The translations under genes and the position numbers were made by a program. A DNA stretch of 64,000 bases. Origin: an uncultured Candidatus Binatia bacterium. Lineage in GTDB: Bacteria > Desulfobacterota > Binatia > UBA9968 > JAJDTQ01. The notes beneath the pieces were generated by a model. The model worked only from the letters and a program-made list of their open reading frames with translations, did no database searches and was not told the DNA's origin. How positions within the stretch are numbered: the first letter of the stretch is position 1; each line of letters begins with the position of its first letter. Positions 48,681 through 61,420 of this stretch are shown here, one piece after another. The stretch covers positions 2,464,001 to 2,528,000 of the forward strand of contig OZ251459.1 of NCBI GenBank assembly GCA_965242525.1, given 5' to 3'.

Positions 48681-49484
48681 ATGGAACGGAAGATGACGGT
48701 GCCGGAAGTCTTGGGCATGAAGGAGAGGGGGGAGAAGATCGTGAGCCTGACGGCCTACGACTACTGCCTCGCCCGTATCCTGGACGAGGCGGGGGTGGAC
48801 GTGCTGCTGGTGGGGGATTCGTTGGGGTCGGTGGTGCAGGGGCACGAGAACACCCTGCCGGTCACCCTCGACCACGTGGTCTATCACACCCGGGCGGTGG
48901 TTCGGGGGCGCCGGCGCGCGCTGGTGGTGTCGGACATGCCGTTCCTGACGTTCCAGTTGGGGGTGGACGAGGCCCGGCGCAACGCGGGCAGGCTGGTCCA
49001 GGAGGGCGGCGCGGAGGCGGTCAAGCTGGAAGGGGGCGTGACCCGGGCCGACACCATCGAGGCGCTGGTGGACATGGGCGTGCCGGTCATGGGCCACGTG
49101 GGGCTCACGCCCCAGTCGGTGCACCGGTTCGGAGGCTACCGGGTCCAGGGCCGGGGCGAGGCAGACGCCCGGGCCATCCTCGACGACGCCTTGGCGGTGG
49201 AGCAGTCCGGGGCGTTCGCGGTGGTGCTGGAGGGCATCCCGGCGCCACTGGCCGGGGAGATCACCCGGCGCCTGTCCATCCCCACCATCGGCATCGGCGC
49301 GGGCGTGCAGTGCGACGGACAGATCCTGGTGGCCCACGACATGCTGGGCCTGTTCGACGACTTCACCCCCAGGTTCGTCAAGCGCTACGCCGACCTGAAG
49401 GGGACCATCGGCGGCGCGGTCCACGCCTACAGGGAAGAGGTGCGGACGCAGGCCTTCCCGGGAGAGCAGCACACGTTCCATTGA
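48681..49484 (+). CDS. panB: 3-methyl-2-oxobutanoate hydroxymethyltransferase
   Basis: [43 protein letters not shown]. Confidence 0.97.
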   Translation: MERKMTVPEVLGMKERGEKIVSLTAYDYCLARILDEAGVDVLLVGDSLGSVVQGHENTLPVTLDHVVYHTRAVVRGRRRALVVSDMPFLTFQLGVDEARRNAGRLVQEGGAEAVKLEGGVTRADTIEALVDMGVPVMGHVGLTPQSVHRFGGYRVQGRGEADARAILDDALAVEQSGAFAVVLEGIPAPLAGEITRRLSIPTIGIGAGVQCDGQILVAHDMLGLFDDFTPRFVKRYADLKGTIGGAVHAYREEVRTQAFPGEQHTFH

Positions 49485-49542
49485 CCGCGGAGCATCGACC
49501 GCGGGGACCTCCGTCCCGCGCTCCCGCGCCCCTGGTCATGTC

Positions 49543-50400
49543 ATGTTGCCCAGCATCCGCAAGATACCGGAGATGCAGGCATGGAGCGGCGACGCCCGGC
49601 GCCGGGGCCGCCGCATCGTCTTCGTGCCCACCATGGGCTACCTGCACGAGGGCCACCTGAGCCTCGTGCGCCAGGGCAGGAAGCACGGCGACTGCCTGGT
49701 GGCGTCCATCTTCACCAACCCCGCCCAGTTCGCCCCGTCCGAGGACTTCGAAAGCTATCCCCGGGACCTGGAGCGCGACGTGCAGCTACTGGCCGCGGAG
49801 CGGGTGGACATGCTGTTCCACCCCGCGGTGGAGGACATGTACCCCAGGGGGTACCACACCTACGTGGCGGTGGAGCAGGTCGAGGACCGGCTCTGCGGCG
49901 CCCACCGGCCGGGCCACTTCCGCGGCGTGGCCACGGTGGTGCTGAAGCTTCTTCACATCGTGCGCCCGCACGCGGCCGTGTTCGGGCTGAAGGACTACCA
50001 GCAGGTCCGGGTGGTCCGCCGGATGGTGGAGGACCTGAACCTCGACGTGGAGATCGTCGCCTGCCCCACGGTGCGGGAGCCCGACGGTCTGGCCATGAGC
50101 TCGCGCAACCGCTACCTCGGCCCCGCGGAGCGGCAGGCGGCCGCGTGCCTCGGGAACGCCCTGGGCAAGGCGGAAGAGCTGGTGCGCCGGGGCGAGACCG
50201 CGGCCCGGAAGATCCGCGAGGCCGTGGCCGCGGAGGTCTCCCGGGAGCCCCTGGCCCGGCTGGAGTACGCGGACCTCTGCGACCCGGAGGAGCTCAGCCC
50301 GGTGGAAGAGGTCCACGGCCCCACGCTGCTGGCGCTCTGCGCGTGGGTGGGCAAGGCCCGCCTCATCGACAACACGGTGCTGCACGGAAGGGAGCGGTAG
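49543..50400 (+). CDS. panC: Pantoate-beta-alanine ligase
   Basis: VPTMGYLHEGH, RPGHFRGV, KDYQQ, GLAMSSRN, RLIDN. Confidence 0.97.
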   Translation: MLPSIRKIPEMQAWSGDARRRGRRIVFVPTMGYLHEGHLSLVRQGRKHGDCLVASIFTNPAQFAPSEDFESYPRDLERDVQLLAAERVDMLFHPAVEDMYPRGYHTYVAVEQVEDRLCGAHRPGHFRGVATVVLKLLHIVRPHAAVFGLKDYQQVRVVRRMVEDLNLDVEIVACPTVREPDGLAMSSRNRYLGPAERQAAACLGNALGKAEELVRRGETAARKIREAVAAEVSREPLARLEYADLCDPEELSPVEEVHGPTLLALCAWVGKARLIDNTVLHGRER

Positions 50401-50450
50401 CGCCGCCTCCCGTGGACCGGGCCCGGCCCGGGGAATCGAACCGCCCGCTC

Positions 50451-50930
50451 ATGGCCTCCAAAAACGCCAGGGAAACCGCACAGAAGAACGTCACCGTCAA
50501 CCGGCGGGCGCGTCGGGAGTACTTCATCGACGAGTCCTTCGAGGCCGGCATGGTGCTGTTGGGCAGCGAGGTCAAGTCGCTGCGGGACGGACGCGCGAAC
50601 CTGGCCGACAGCTACGCGCGCATCGACAAGGGCCAGGTGGTGCTGGTCAATTCCCACATCAGCCCCTACCCCGCGGCCAACGTGTTCAACCACGAGCCCA
50701 CCCGCGCCCGGAAGCTGCTGCTGCACAAGCGCGAGATCTCGCGCCTCACGGGCAAGGTGAAGGAGCGGGGCTTGACCTTGGTGCCGTTACGGTTATACTT
50801 CAAGGAAGGAAGGGCCAAGGTGGAGTTGGGCTTGGCGCGGGGCAAGAAGCTCTACGACAAGCGCGCCGCGGTAAAGGAGAAGATGGTCCGGCGGGAGATG
50901 GAGCGCTCCATGAAGAGCCGCCGCAGTTGA
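50451..50930 (+). CDS. smpB: SsrA-binding protein
   Basis: NRRARREY, EAGMVLLGSEVKSLR, RKLLLHKREI, GKKLYDKR. Confidence 0.97.
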   Translation: MASKNARETAQKNVTVNRRARREYFIDESFEAGMVLLGSEVKSLRDGRANLADSYARIDKGQVVLVNSHISPYPAANVFNHEPTRARKLLLHKREISRLTGKVKERGLTLVPLRLYFKEGRAKVELGLARGKKLYDKRAAVKEKMVRREMERSMKSRRS

Positions 50931-50957
50931 CCGCCCGGACTCGACGATGTTTCCGAC

Positions 50958-51304
50958 GGGGGCGATATGGGTTCGACGGAGGTGGGAAGTCAAAGTGGCA
51001 TGCCGAGGTCCTGCCGCCTCGTTAAACAGGCGGGGCTGCAAGTAACTGCAGACGAACAAGATTACGCCCTGGCTGCATAAGCCAGCGTCTTGCCGACCTT
51101 CTCCCGCGGGGTCGGACAAGGCGTCGTTCAGCGGGATGGACCGATTTTCCTGCCGGAGGGGATGAGGTCGAGATTCGAACCGGCTGGTTGCTCAGGACCC
51201 CGTCGCCGGGGGCCTGTGGAACGAGACTCGAACGGCGACTAAGCATGTAGTCACTTCTGGCGGAAAGCCTTCGGACGGGGGTTCGATTCCCCCCGCCTCC
51301 ACCA
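50958..51304 (+). ncRNA. ssrA: tmRNA; tag reading frame ADEQDYALAA* at 51048-51080
   Basis: 5' GGGGGCG..GGTTCGAC; 3' GGGTTCGATTCCCCCCGCCTCCACCA; directly after smpB. Confidence 0.96.
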
Positions 51305-51388
51305 AAACTCTCGTCAACCCCTGCCTGCCTCGACCGGGCAGGAGTTCGGCGGCGCGCCGCCTCCATCCCCTCCGGGTTCCCGCGCCGC

Positions 51389-52159
51389 TCATATCAGCGA
51401 CCTGGACTGGCAGCCGTCCACGTTGATGCAGGCCCCGGATATCCAGCTCGCCCGTTCCGAGGCCAGGAACACCACCACGTCCGCCACCTCCTGCGGCGTG
51501 CCGAAGCGGCCCGCGGGGATCTCGCGCTCCACGAACGCGGCGATGGCCTCGGGGGCCTCCTTCCGCCGCCGGTCCCACGACCCCCCGGGAAAGAGGATGG
51601 AGCCGGGCGCCACGCTGTTGACCCGTACGCCGTGAGGCGCGAGCTCCCGCGCCATCTCCTTGGACAGGCTGATGAGGGCCGCCTTGGCCGCGTTGTAGGT
51701 CATGGGTCCGCCCCACTCGCGGCCGTAGATGGACGCGACGTTGATGACGCAGCCCCGCTTCCGTTCCCGCATGGACGGCGCCGCCAACCGGCACAGGTCC
51801 AGGGCGGAGAAGAAGTTCAGGTCGAACCCCCCGCGCCAGTCGCCGCGGGACGCGGCGAGGTCCCCGCCCGGCCGGGAGCCGCCCACGTTGTTCACCAGGA
51901 CGTCCACCTCCCCGAACCGGGACCGGGTCTCCTCGAACCAGCGCCGCGCCTGGTCCTCGCGGGTCACGTCCACCGCGGACGCCGCGGCCTCCGCTCCCCG
52001 TCCGCGCAACTCCCGCACCGCCTCGTCGAGGCCGTCGCTCCCCCGGGCGCACAGGCTCACCCGGCAGCCCTCCGCGGCCAGCCCCGCGGCGACCGCCCTG
52101 CCGATGCCCCTGCTCCCGCCGCTGACCATCGCCACCTTTCCGTCGAGGCCGAGGTTCAT
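51389..52159 (-). CDS. SDR family oxidoreductase
   Basis: SGGSRGIG, VNNVG, YNAAK, NSVAPG; GGAGG RBS. Confidence 0.92.
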   Translation of the reverse strand: MNLGLDGKVAMVSGGSRGIGRAVAAGLAAEGCRVSLCARGSDGLDEAVRELRGRGAEAAASAVDVTREDQARRWFEETRSRFGEVDVLVNNVGGSRPGGDLAASRGDWRGGFDLNFFSALDLCRLAAPSMRERKRGCVINVASIYGREWGGPMTYNAAKAALISLSKEMARELAPHGVRVNSVAPGSILFPGGSWDRRRKEAPEAIAAFVEREIPAGRFGTPQEVADVVVFLASERASWISGACINVDGCQSRSLI

Positions 52160-52252
52160 GGTTCCTCCGTACGAGTCCGTTCGACGCTTCCGGCTTTCGT
52201 CCAGTCAAGTGCGGGCAAGGCAGGAGTGAAAGGGGAGCGGCAGGGGTCAGGC

Positions 52253-52581
52253 CGTCATTCCCGCGGACGCCCACACATCGTCATTCCGGCGGATACCCAC
52301 ACCCCGTCATTCCTGCGGACGCCCACACATCGTCATTCCCGCGAAGGCCCACACATCGTCATTCCCGCGAAAGCGGGAATCCAGAGGAATCGGGCATGGA
52401 AGAGTGAGCCGATTGAGAAGAGTAATCCGACCTGGGGAGGTTTGTACAACGAGAGCGATGAAAGTGGATTTCCGGAAAGTGGATTCCCGCTTTCGCGGGA
52501 ATGACGGGGTGCGGGCGTCTGCGGGAATGACGGGGGTAGGCATCTGCGGGAATGATAGGGCGGGCGTCCGCGGGGATGACG
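52253..52581. mobile_element. Complete MITE-like unit: (26-bp unit)x4, palindrome, GIY-YIG remnant, palindrome, (unit)x3
   Basis: Palindromes at 52357-52382 and 52481-52506 are reverse complements; interior translates NRAWKSEPIEKSNPTWGGLYNE. Confidence 0.8.
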
Positions 52582-52611
52582 AGCGTCAGCGTCCCATCAT
52601 CCCGCGGAGCG

Positions 52612-53547
52612 TCAGGCGTCCCATCCCGCGGGGCGGCGGAAGCCCATCCAGCTCCACTGGTCGGGGTGGCGGCGCACCATCTTCTCGATCTCCCGGACGA
52701 ACAGGGCGGCGTTGGCGCGGAGGTCCGCTTCCCGGTCGCCGGTGTGGGCGAAGCGGAGCTCGGGCTCCACGTGGAGCGTCAGCCGGTTCCCCCGGTCGCG
52801 CACCATGAAGACCGGGAGGACCGCGGCGCCGGTGCGTCGGGCGATGGTGACGGGGCCTCTCGGGGCCGGCACCTGGCGTCCGAGGAAGTCCACCTCCACC
52901 CCGGTGGTCTTGAACTCGTCCGGGACCAGGAGCACGATCTCGTTCCGCCGCAGCGCGCCGATGATCCGGGGGACGGACTCGCGGCTGGGGCGCGCGGGTA
53001 TGATCTTGATCCCGGCCCTGGCGAAGTACTCGCTCTGGAGCGCGGCGAAACGGGGTTCCCGCGGCATCCGGATGACCACGCTGAACTCGTAGCCCTGGGC
53101 CACCAGCCGCGGGCCGATGATCCCGAAGTTGCCGAAGTGGGCGCTCATGGCGAGGACGCCCCTGTTCCGGGCCAGTGCCTCGCGCAGGCGCTCTTCGCCC
53201 TCGATGTCGATGCGCGAGCACAACTCCTCGTTGGCCGCGTAGAGGGTGGCGAGGGTCTCCAGCAGCGCGCCGGCGAAGTTGGTCCAGGCCCGCCGCACCA
53301 CGGTGCGGCGCTCCGCCTCGGTGGGCAACTCCCGCCCCAGGGCGTCTTCCACGGTGTCGCGCATGCGCTTCCGGTACCGCCGGAACAGCAGCGCGCTCAC
53401 CGGCTCCGTGAGCCTGGCGATGTAGAAAGGCGCGGCCGGCGGCAGCCAGCGGAGGACCGCGACCAGCGCGCGCAGGAAGTATTCCGCGGTTCGATAGCGG
53501 AGGCGGTACAGGAGCCCGCCGCGCCCGTCGGCTCGGCTTCGTCTCAT
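52612..53547 (-). CDS. lpxL: Lipid A late acyltransferase (LpxL/HtrB family)
   Basis: SAHFGNF, VDFLG, VRRHPDQWSW; ATGA overlap with nifS. Confidence 0.75.
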   Translation of the reverse strand: MRRSRADGRGGLLYRLRYRTAEYFLRALVAVLRWLPPAAPFYIARLTEPVSALLFRRYRKRMRDTVEDALGRELPTEAERRTVVRRAWTNFAGALLETLATLYAANEELCSRIDIEGEERLREALARNRGVLAMSAHFGNFGIIGPRLVAQGYEFSVVIRMPREPRFAALQSEYFARAGIKIIPARPSRESVPRIIGALRRNEIVLLVPDEFKTTGVEVDFLGRQVPAPRGPVTIARRTGAAVLPVFMVRDRGNRLTLHVEPELRFAHTGDREADLRANAALFVREIEKMVRRHPDQWSWMGFRRPAGWDA

Positions 53548-54743
53548 GCCAGGCGCGGTTCCGGCAGGCCTTCCCCGGTTCCCACCCGGCCCAACGCCGA
53601 GAGTCCCCGCAGGCGCTCGACGATGCCGGGTATCCGGTCCGCGGCGAAGGCCACCTCCGCGGGCGTGTTGTCGCAGCTCAGGCTGAACCGCACAGCCCCT
53701 TGCAGCCATTGCGGCGGCGTCTTCATGGCCCGCAGCACGTGGGAGGGCTCCACCGAACCCGCGGTGCAGGCGGACCCGGTGGAAGCGCAGATGCCGAACT
53801 CGTCCAGCAGCACCAGGATCGATTCCCCCTCCAGGTACTCGAAGGCGATGTTGAGGGTGTTGGGCAAACGCTCCGACCCGGCCCCGTTCACCCGGGCCCC
53901 GGGACAGGCGGCCAGGAGCGCCCCCTCCAGTCGGTCGCGCAGGCCGGTCAACCGCTCGCGCGCCCCGGCCACGTCCCCGCCGGCCAGGGCCGCGGCCTCG
54001 CCCATGCCCACGATGCCGGCCACGTTCTCGGTCCCGGCCCGGCGGTTGCGCTCCTGGTGCCCCCCCACGATCAGGGGGCGGAGCGTGATCCCCCTCCGGA
54101 CGTACAGCGCCCCCACTCCCTTGGGGCCGTGGAACTTGTGAGCCGAGACGGTCAGGAGGTCGATGGGGGCGTCCTTCACGTGGAGCTCGATCTTCCCCGG
54201 GACCTGCACCGCGTCCACGTGGAAGGGGATGCCCCGGGCCTTGACGATCTCGCCGGCCTCATGGACCGGGAAAACCACGCCGGTCTCGTTGTTGGCGTAC
54301 ATGATCGAGACCAGCGCGGTGTCGTCCGACAGGGCGTCCCGCAGCTCGTCCAGGTCCAGCCTGCCGTCCTCGTCCACCCCCAGCCACGTGACCCGGTAGC
54401 CCTTCTTCTCCAGGTGCTGGCCCAGGCCCAGCACCGCGGGATGCTCCACCGCGGTGGTGACCAGGTGGCGCTTCCCGGGCGCGGCTTCCAGGACGCCGCG
54501 AATGGCGGTGTTGTCGCCCTCGGAGCCGCAACTGGTGAACAGGACCTCCACTTCGTCGTCCGCGCCCAGGATCTCCGCCACCTGGCCCCGGGCCCGGTCC
54601 AGGGCGCGCCCCACCCGGCTCCCGAAGCCGTGGATGCTCGACGGGTTGCCGTAGAGCTCGGCCAAGTAGGGCGCCATGGCCTCGTACGCCTGCGGCGCCA
54701 TGCGCGTGGTCGCGTTGTTGTCGAAATAGATGACGTCCGGCAT
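53544..54743 (-). CDS. nifS: Cysteine desulfurase (NifS-type)
   Basis: YFDNNATT, YGNPSS, FTSCGSEGDN, SAHKFHGPKG, STGSACT. Confidence 0.9.
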   Translation of the reverse strand: MPDVIYFDNNATTRMAPQAYEAMAPYLAELYGNPSSIHGFGSRVGRALDRARGQVAEILGADDEVEVLFTSCGSEGDNTAIRGVLEAAPGKRHLVTTAVEHPAVLGLGQHLEKKGYRVTWLGVDEDGRLDLDELRDALSDDTALVSIMYANNETGVVFPVHEAGEIVKARGIPFHVDAVQVPGKIELHVKDAPIDLLTVSAHKFHGPKGVGALYVRRGITLRPLIVGGHQERNRRAGTENVAGIVGMGEAAALAGGDVAGARERLTGLRDRLEGALLAACPGARVNGAGSERLPNTLNIAFEYLEGESILVLLDEFGICASTGSACTAGSVEPSHVLRAMKTPPQWLQGAVRFSLSCDNTPAEVAFAADRIPGIVERLRGLSALGRVGTGEGLPEPRLA

Positions 54744-54779
54744 GGCGGTGGCCCGCGGAAGCCGTGGGCGCGCGCGGCC

Positions 54780-55109
54780 TCAGACCACGAACGAGGCGCC
54801 GCAGCCGCAACTGCGCTTCACGTTGGGGTTCTGGAACACGAAGGCGGCCTCCATCAGGGTCTCCCTGTAGTCCAGTTCCGTGCCGCCCAGGTAGAGGAGG
54901 CTCTTCAGGTCCACGATCACCTTGGCCCCCTCCTGCTCGAACACCCGGTCCGTGGGCTTCGGGTCGTCCAGGTCCATCCTGTACTGCAACCCGGAACAAC
55001 CGCCGCCCACCACCTTGAGGCGCAGCCCGGCGTAGTCCCTTTCTTCCTGGTCGAGCAGCTCCCTGATGCGGGCGGCCGCCCGTTCCGTGATCTGGACTCC
55101 TGTGGCCAT
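54780..55109 (-). CDS. iscA: A-type Fe-S carrier (IscA/HesB)
   Basis: GGGCSGLQY, NPN..SCGCGASF. Confidence 0.9.
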   Translation of the reverse strand: MATGVQITERAAARIRELLDQEERDYAGLRLKVVGGGCSGLQYRMDLDDPKPTDRVFEQEGAKVIVDLKSLLYLGGTELDYRETLMEAAFVFQNPNVKRSCGCGASFVV

Positions 55110-55167
55110 GCGGTGTTTCCCTGCCTCCGTCCTTGCCGCGGCTCCCCGGTGTCCGCGCCGCCCCCGG

Positions 55168-56421
55168 TCATGTGTGCGGACGCGAGAGGTTGCCTTCCTC
55201 CGCGCCGCCCCGGTCCCCGGCCGCGGCGCCCGCGGCGGCGCGTTTCCCCGCGGACCGCTTCCCGTACAGCGGCGAGAGCCCGCGCAGCCGGGTGACCTCC
55301 TCCGCCACCCGGCCCACCACGTAATCCACTTCCTCTTCGGTGTTGAACCGGCCCAGGCCGAAACGGATGGCGCCGTGGGCGAGGTCTTCCCGCACCCCCA
55401 TGGCCGTGAGCACGTGGGACGGCTCCATGGCCGCGGACGTGCAGGTGGAGCCGGAGGACACCGCCACGTCGTTGAGGCCCATGAGCAGCGATTCCCCTTC
55501 CACGTACCCGAAGCTCACGTTCAGGTTGCCGCACAGGCGCTCCGTGGGATGCCCGTTCAGGTGGACCTCGTCCAGGCGCGAGAAGATGCCGGCCTCCAGC
55601 CGGTCGCGCAGGCCGGCCACGTAGGGCGTCTCCTCGGCCATGCCCGTCCGCGCCAGCTCGCAGGCCTTGCCGAACCCGACGATGCCGGGCACGTTCAGGG
55701 TGCCGGAGCGCCTGCCGCCCTCGTGGCCGCCGCCGTGGATGGTGGGGCCCAGGCGCACCGCGGGCTTTCGGGCGCTCACGTAGAGGGCCCCCACCCCCTT
55801 GGGGCCGTGGAGCTTGTGGGCCGTCATCGAGAGCAGGTGCACCCCCGACGCTTCCACGTCCAGGGGCGTCTTGCCCACCGCCTGCGTGGCGTCCGTGTGG
55901 AACAGGACGCCGTGCTCCTCGGCGATGCGGCCGATCTCCGCCAGCGGCTGGATGGTCCCCACCTCGTTGTTGGCCGCCATGATGGAGATGAGCACGGTCC
56001 CCCGGTCGATGGCCGCCCGCAGCCTGTCGAGATCGACCCTGCCGCGGGCGTCCACCGGCAGGCAGGTGGTCCGAAAGCCTTGGGTTTGCAGGAACTTGCA
56101 GGTGTCCAGCACGGCCTTGTGCTCGGCCGCGCAGGTGACCACGTGGTCGCCCCGGTCCCGGTACGCCTCCGCCGCTCCCTTGATGGCGAGGTTGTCGGAC
56201 TCGGTGGCGCCGCTGGTGAAGACGACCTCCCTGGCCGCCGCGCCGATGAGGGCGGCCACGCTCTTGCGCGCCTCGTGCACCGCGGCCTCGGCTTCCCAGC
56301 CGAACGCATGCTTGCTGGCGGAGTTGCCGAACCGCTCGGTGAAGAACGGCAGCATGGCGTCCACCACCCGCGGGTCCACCGGAGTGGTGGCGTGGTTGTC
56401 GAAGTAGATGGGCAGCTTCAT
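55168..56421 (-). CDS. iscS: Cysteine desulfurase (IscS-type)
   Basis: [51 protein letters not shown]. Confidence 0.92.
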   Translation of the reverse strand: MKLPIYFDNHATTPVDPRVVDAMLPFFTERFGNSASKHAFGWEAEAAVHEARKSVAALIGAAAREVVFTSGATESDNLAIKGAAEAYRDRGDHVVTCAAEHKAVLDTCKFLQTQGFRTTCLPVDARGRVDLDRLRAAIDRGTVLISIMAANNEVGTIQPLAEIGRIAEEHGVLFHTDATQAVGKTPLDVEASGVHLLSMTAHKLHGPKGVGALYVSARKPAVRLGPTIHGGGHEGGRRSGTLNVPGIVGFGKACELARTGMAEETPYVAGLRDRLEAGIFSRLDEVHLNGHPTERLCGNLNVSFGYVEGESLLMGLNDVAVSSGSTCTSAAMEPSHVLTAMGVREDLAHGAIRFGLGRFNTEEEVDYVVGRVAEEVTRLRGLSPLYGKRSAGKRAAAGAAAGDRGGAEEGNLSRPHT

Positions 56422-56480
56422 GGTCGGCAGGCCTGCTCGCAGCGCTTCCATTGGGCCGGAAGCCTCGTGGACGTCAAGAT

Positions 56481-58427
56481 TCATTGGCGGTCGGCGCTGT
56501 ACGCGCCGTATATGCGGAGGCCGTCGTTGTTCGAATCGTCAGTGGACGCATGGAAAATCCCGACGGCCGTGTCCGGGTGGCCGCTGGTCCCTGCCCGGTA
56601 GAACTGGACGCCCCAGTGTCCCGCGGTGAAACTGCGGCCGGTGCCCCCGTTACCCCTCGCCTGGCCGCCAACCCACAAGTCCAGGTTGCCGCTGGAGCGG
56701 CTGGACGTAGAGTTGAGGTTCATCGTCCAGCCGAGGGATTCGCCCTCCTCCGTGAAGTTGGTGACGCTTCCACCTAAACTGAGACCTGAGAAGCCGCCGG
56801 ACACGCCGAAGTTCGCGTTGATGGTGGCCGTTGCGCGGAAGGAGCCGACCTTTGCGGTTTGCGGCCTGCGGCTGCCGCCCGTGCCGCTCCAGGTGCCCTC
56901 GGTATAGATACCGGTTGCCGGACCTGTGAACGTGGCCGTGCCCCCGAGGGAAACGACGTTGGCCCCCGTCAGATTATTCGGTGAAACGGACTGCGAAAAG
57001 GTCCCCACGTTGTACGCGGTAACGGAGGCGGCGGGGTCGTTGGGGACAACCAACCATAGTCCGAGGGTCTGGTAGTACGAGTCCGGAGTTCCCGCGGAAG
57101 CCTGCTCGATGTTCGAATGGATGACGGCGTACGCGGTTCCGCCAGGGGTGGCTTTGCTCAGTATGGCGCCGTTCCAACCTTCGTCTCCAAGGTGGGGGAC
57201 GTTGCTGTCCTCGTCAACCTCGAAGCTTTCCGTCCCCGTGCGTTCCACGGTCAACCCGAACGTCGGCGCCGCGCCGTCGTCCCAGGTTGCGGTGGGATCC
57301 ACCCTCCGAAGGCCCTCGGCTGGAACGCTCCGAGTGTTGTGCACGATGGCCCCGTTCCTTACGGCCCACCCGTTGGACGAGTCGTCGAACGCGACGTTGA
57401 GGCCGGTTGCGGCTGCGCCCCTCCCCCCCCGATCTTCGAACTGCAAGGCGTAGGTTCCGTCCGAAGTCCCGTCAGGGCCGTCGTTGGCGGACCGGATCAT
57501 GTCGTTGTACCGGGCCGCGAAGTAGGGGACGCCGCCGGTGGATTCGTAGTCGTCCTTCCCCAGGGTGACCACGCAGTCCTCGCTGTCTGCGCCTTCGGAC
57601 GGGCACGCGAGGACGTAGCTCTTGGCAAACTCCCCGTTCACGGCATCGCCCATCTGTCGCTCTCCCCCCGCAGGGACCGTGCCCTCGGGGTTGCTGTCAC
57701 TGGACAGGTCGATGGGCAGGAACAGGGCGGTGTAGGTCACGACCGTGGGCGTGCCGCCGGTGGATTCGGCGCCGCCGTCCTCCGTAGAGGAGACGACGCA
57801 GTCCGGGCCGTCGTCGGGGCATTTGAGTTCGGTCCTGGCGTCGAAGGTTTGGCGAAGTATGTAGGAGGTGCCGGCAAGGATGGTGATGGGATCCTCGGGC
57901 AGCATGAGGTCGCCTTCGGGCAGTTGGATGGCCGTGTAGGGAACGGTCTCCAGGGTGGGCATGCCGCCGGTGTATTGGGCGGCGCCGTCCGGGCCACCGG
58001 TGAGGACGCAGTCTTCGCCGCCTTGGGGGCAACTGGCGACGGCCCTGAGGCCATCGGCCTGTCCGACGGGCCGGCTCGTTCCTGCCGGGATGGTCAAGAT
58101 GGCGCCCGGTTCCAGCACGATACCCTGAGGCAGCGCTATGGGCGTAGGCATGGGCAGCGCCGCCGCGGTCTTGCCGCCGCTGCCGCCGCCCCCGCAGCCG
58201 GCCAGGGCCGCGACCATCAGTACCGCTGCGAGGACGAAGATGGCGTCCTTCGACTTCGCTCCGCTACGCTCAGGACGAACGGGGATGATCGTCCGGAGAC
58301 CACTACTGTCCGGGATCAGTAGTGTCCGGAGACCTCTGCATGAGGCGGGATTTCGGGATGGGGAGTGTCGCAACCCACACGAATTCCGGAAGCGCCCTGG
58401 ATAGAGATGGTCTTTGGTTGAGCTCAT
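56481..58427 (-). CDS. Surface lipoprotein with three Cys-pair repeats and a TbpB-like C-terminal barrel
   Basis: AGGAGG RBS before ATG 58427; lipobox LAGC followed by GGGGSGG; [34 protein letters not shown]. Confidence 0.75.
   Translation of the reverse strand: MSSTKDHLYPGRFRNSCGLRHSPSRNPASCRGLRTLLIPDSSGLRTIIPVRPERSGAKSKDAIFVLAAVLMVAALAGCGGGGSGGKTAAALPMPTPIALPQGIVLEPGAILTIPAGTSRPVGQADGLRAVASCPQGGEDCVLTGGPDGAAQYTGGMPTLETVPYTAIQLPEGDLMLPEDPITILAGTSYILRQTFDARTELKCPDDGPDCVVSSTEDGGAESTGGTPTVVTYTALFLPIDLSSDSNPEGTVPAGGERQMGDAVNGEFAKSYVLACPSEGADSEDCVVTLGKDDYESTGGVPYFAARYNDMIRSANDGPDGTSDGTYALQFEDRGGRGAAATGLNVAFDDSSNGWAVRNGAIVHNTRSVPAEGLRRVDPTATWDDGAAPTFGLTVERTGTESFEVDEDSNVPHLGDEGWNGAILSKATPGGTAYAVIHSNIEQASAGTPDSYYQTLGLWLVVPNDPAASVTAYNVGTFSQSVSPNNLTGANVVSLGGTATFTGPATGIYTEGTWSGTGGSRRPQTAKVGSFRATATINANFGVSGGFSGLSLGGSVTNFTEEGESLGWTMNLNSTSSRSSGNLDLWVGGQARGNGGTGRSFTAGHWGVQFYRAGTSGHPDTAVGIFHASTDDSNNDGLRIYGAYSADRQ
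58243..58285. repeat. Family A REP lying in frame within the lipoprotein signal region
   Basis: GCGTCCTTCGACTTCGCTCCGCTACGCTCAGGACGAACGG, encoding [14 protein letters not shown] on the minus strand. Confidence 0.85.
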
Positions 58428-58522
58428 GTTAGGTCTCCCTCCTGGTTCATACGGAGTACTCAGGGTGAAAGAGGGCCGCATTGTAGCATAGTTTCAATCA
58501 TCGAGGCTACGGTAGATTATCC

Positions 58523-58610
58523 CGTCATTCCCGCAGACGCTCACTCCCCGTCATTCCCGCGAAAGCGGGAATCCAGAGGAATCGGGCATGGAGGATCGAG
58601 TTGACGGAGG
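58523..58610. repeat. Family B end plus short GIY-YIG remnant (truncated unit)
   Basis: CGTCATTCCCGCGAAAGCGGGAATCCAGAGGAATCGGGCATGGA, identical to the sequence from 52357. Confidence 0.8.
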
Positions 58611-58644
58611 CTGGCGTACCGAGAAACGGACCGCCTGTTTCAAT

Positions 58645-58667
58645 GGGGGGGGGGGGGGGGGGGGGGG
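58645..58667 (-). repeat. G23 (C23 on the minus strand) homopolymer tract
   Basis: 23 consecutive G. Confidence 0.9.
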
Positions 58668-58824
58668 CATTCGTTTTTTCCTCTGGCTGTTCCAGCCATG
58701 TTCATAGCATATATCCGCGGGATAAACACCCCGAATCGACTGCCGAATCCGCGGCAGGCGGGCCATCCCGGCCCGTTTCCGCACGGTCTTCGACGAGGCG
58801 TCTTCCCCGTGGTCCTGCCCACCC

Positions 58825-61386
<2,562 letters not shown>

Positions 61387-61420
61387 GGAGACCGGCTCCT
61401 TCCCTCGCCGCGGGGGGAGG

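Noticed and set aside
51280-51390. Island integrated at the tmRNA 3' end
   Set aside because: No integrase and no duplicated ssrA 3' end seen
52253-52382. Possible CRISPR array (26-bp period)
   Set aside because: Period too short and the intervening bases are near-identical
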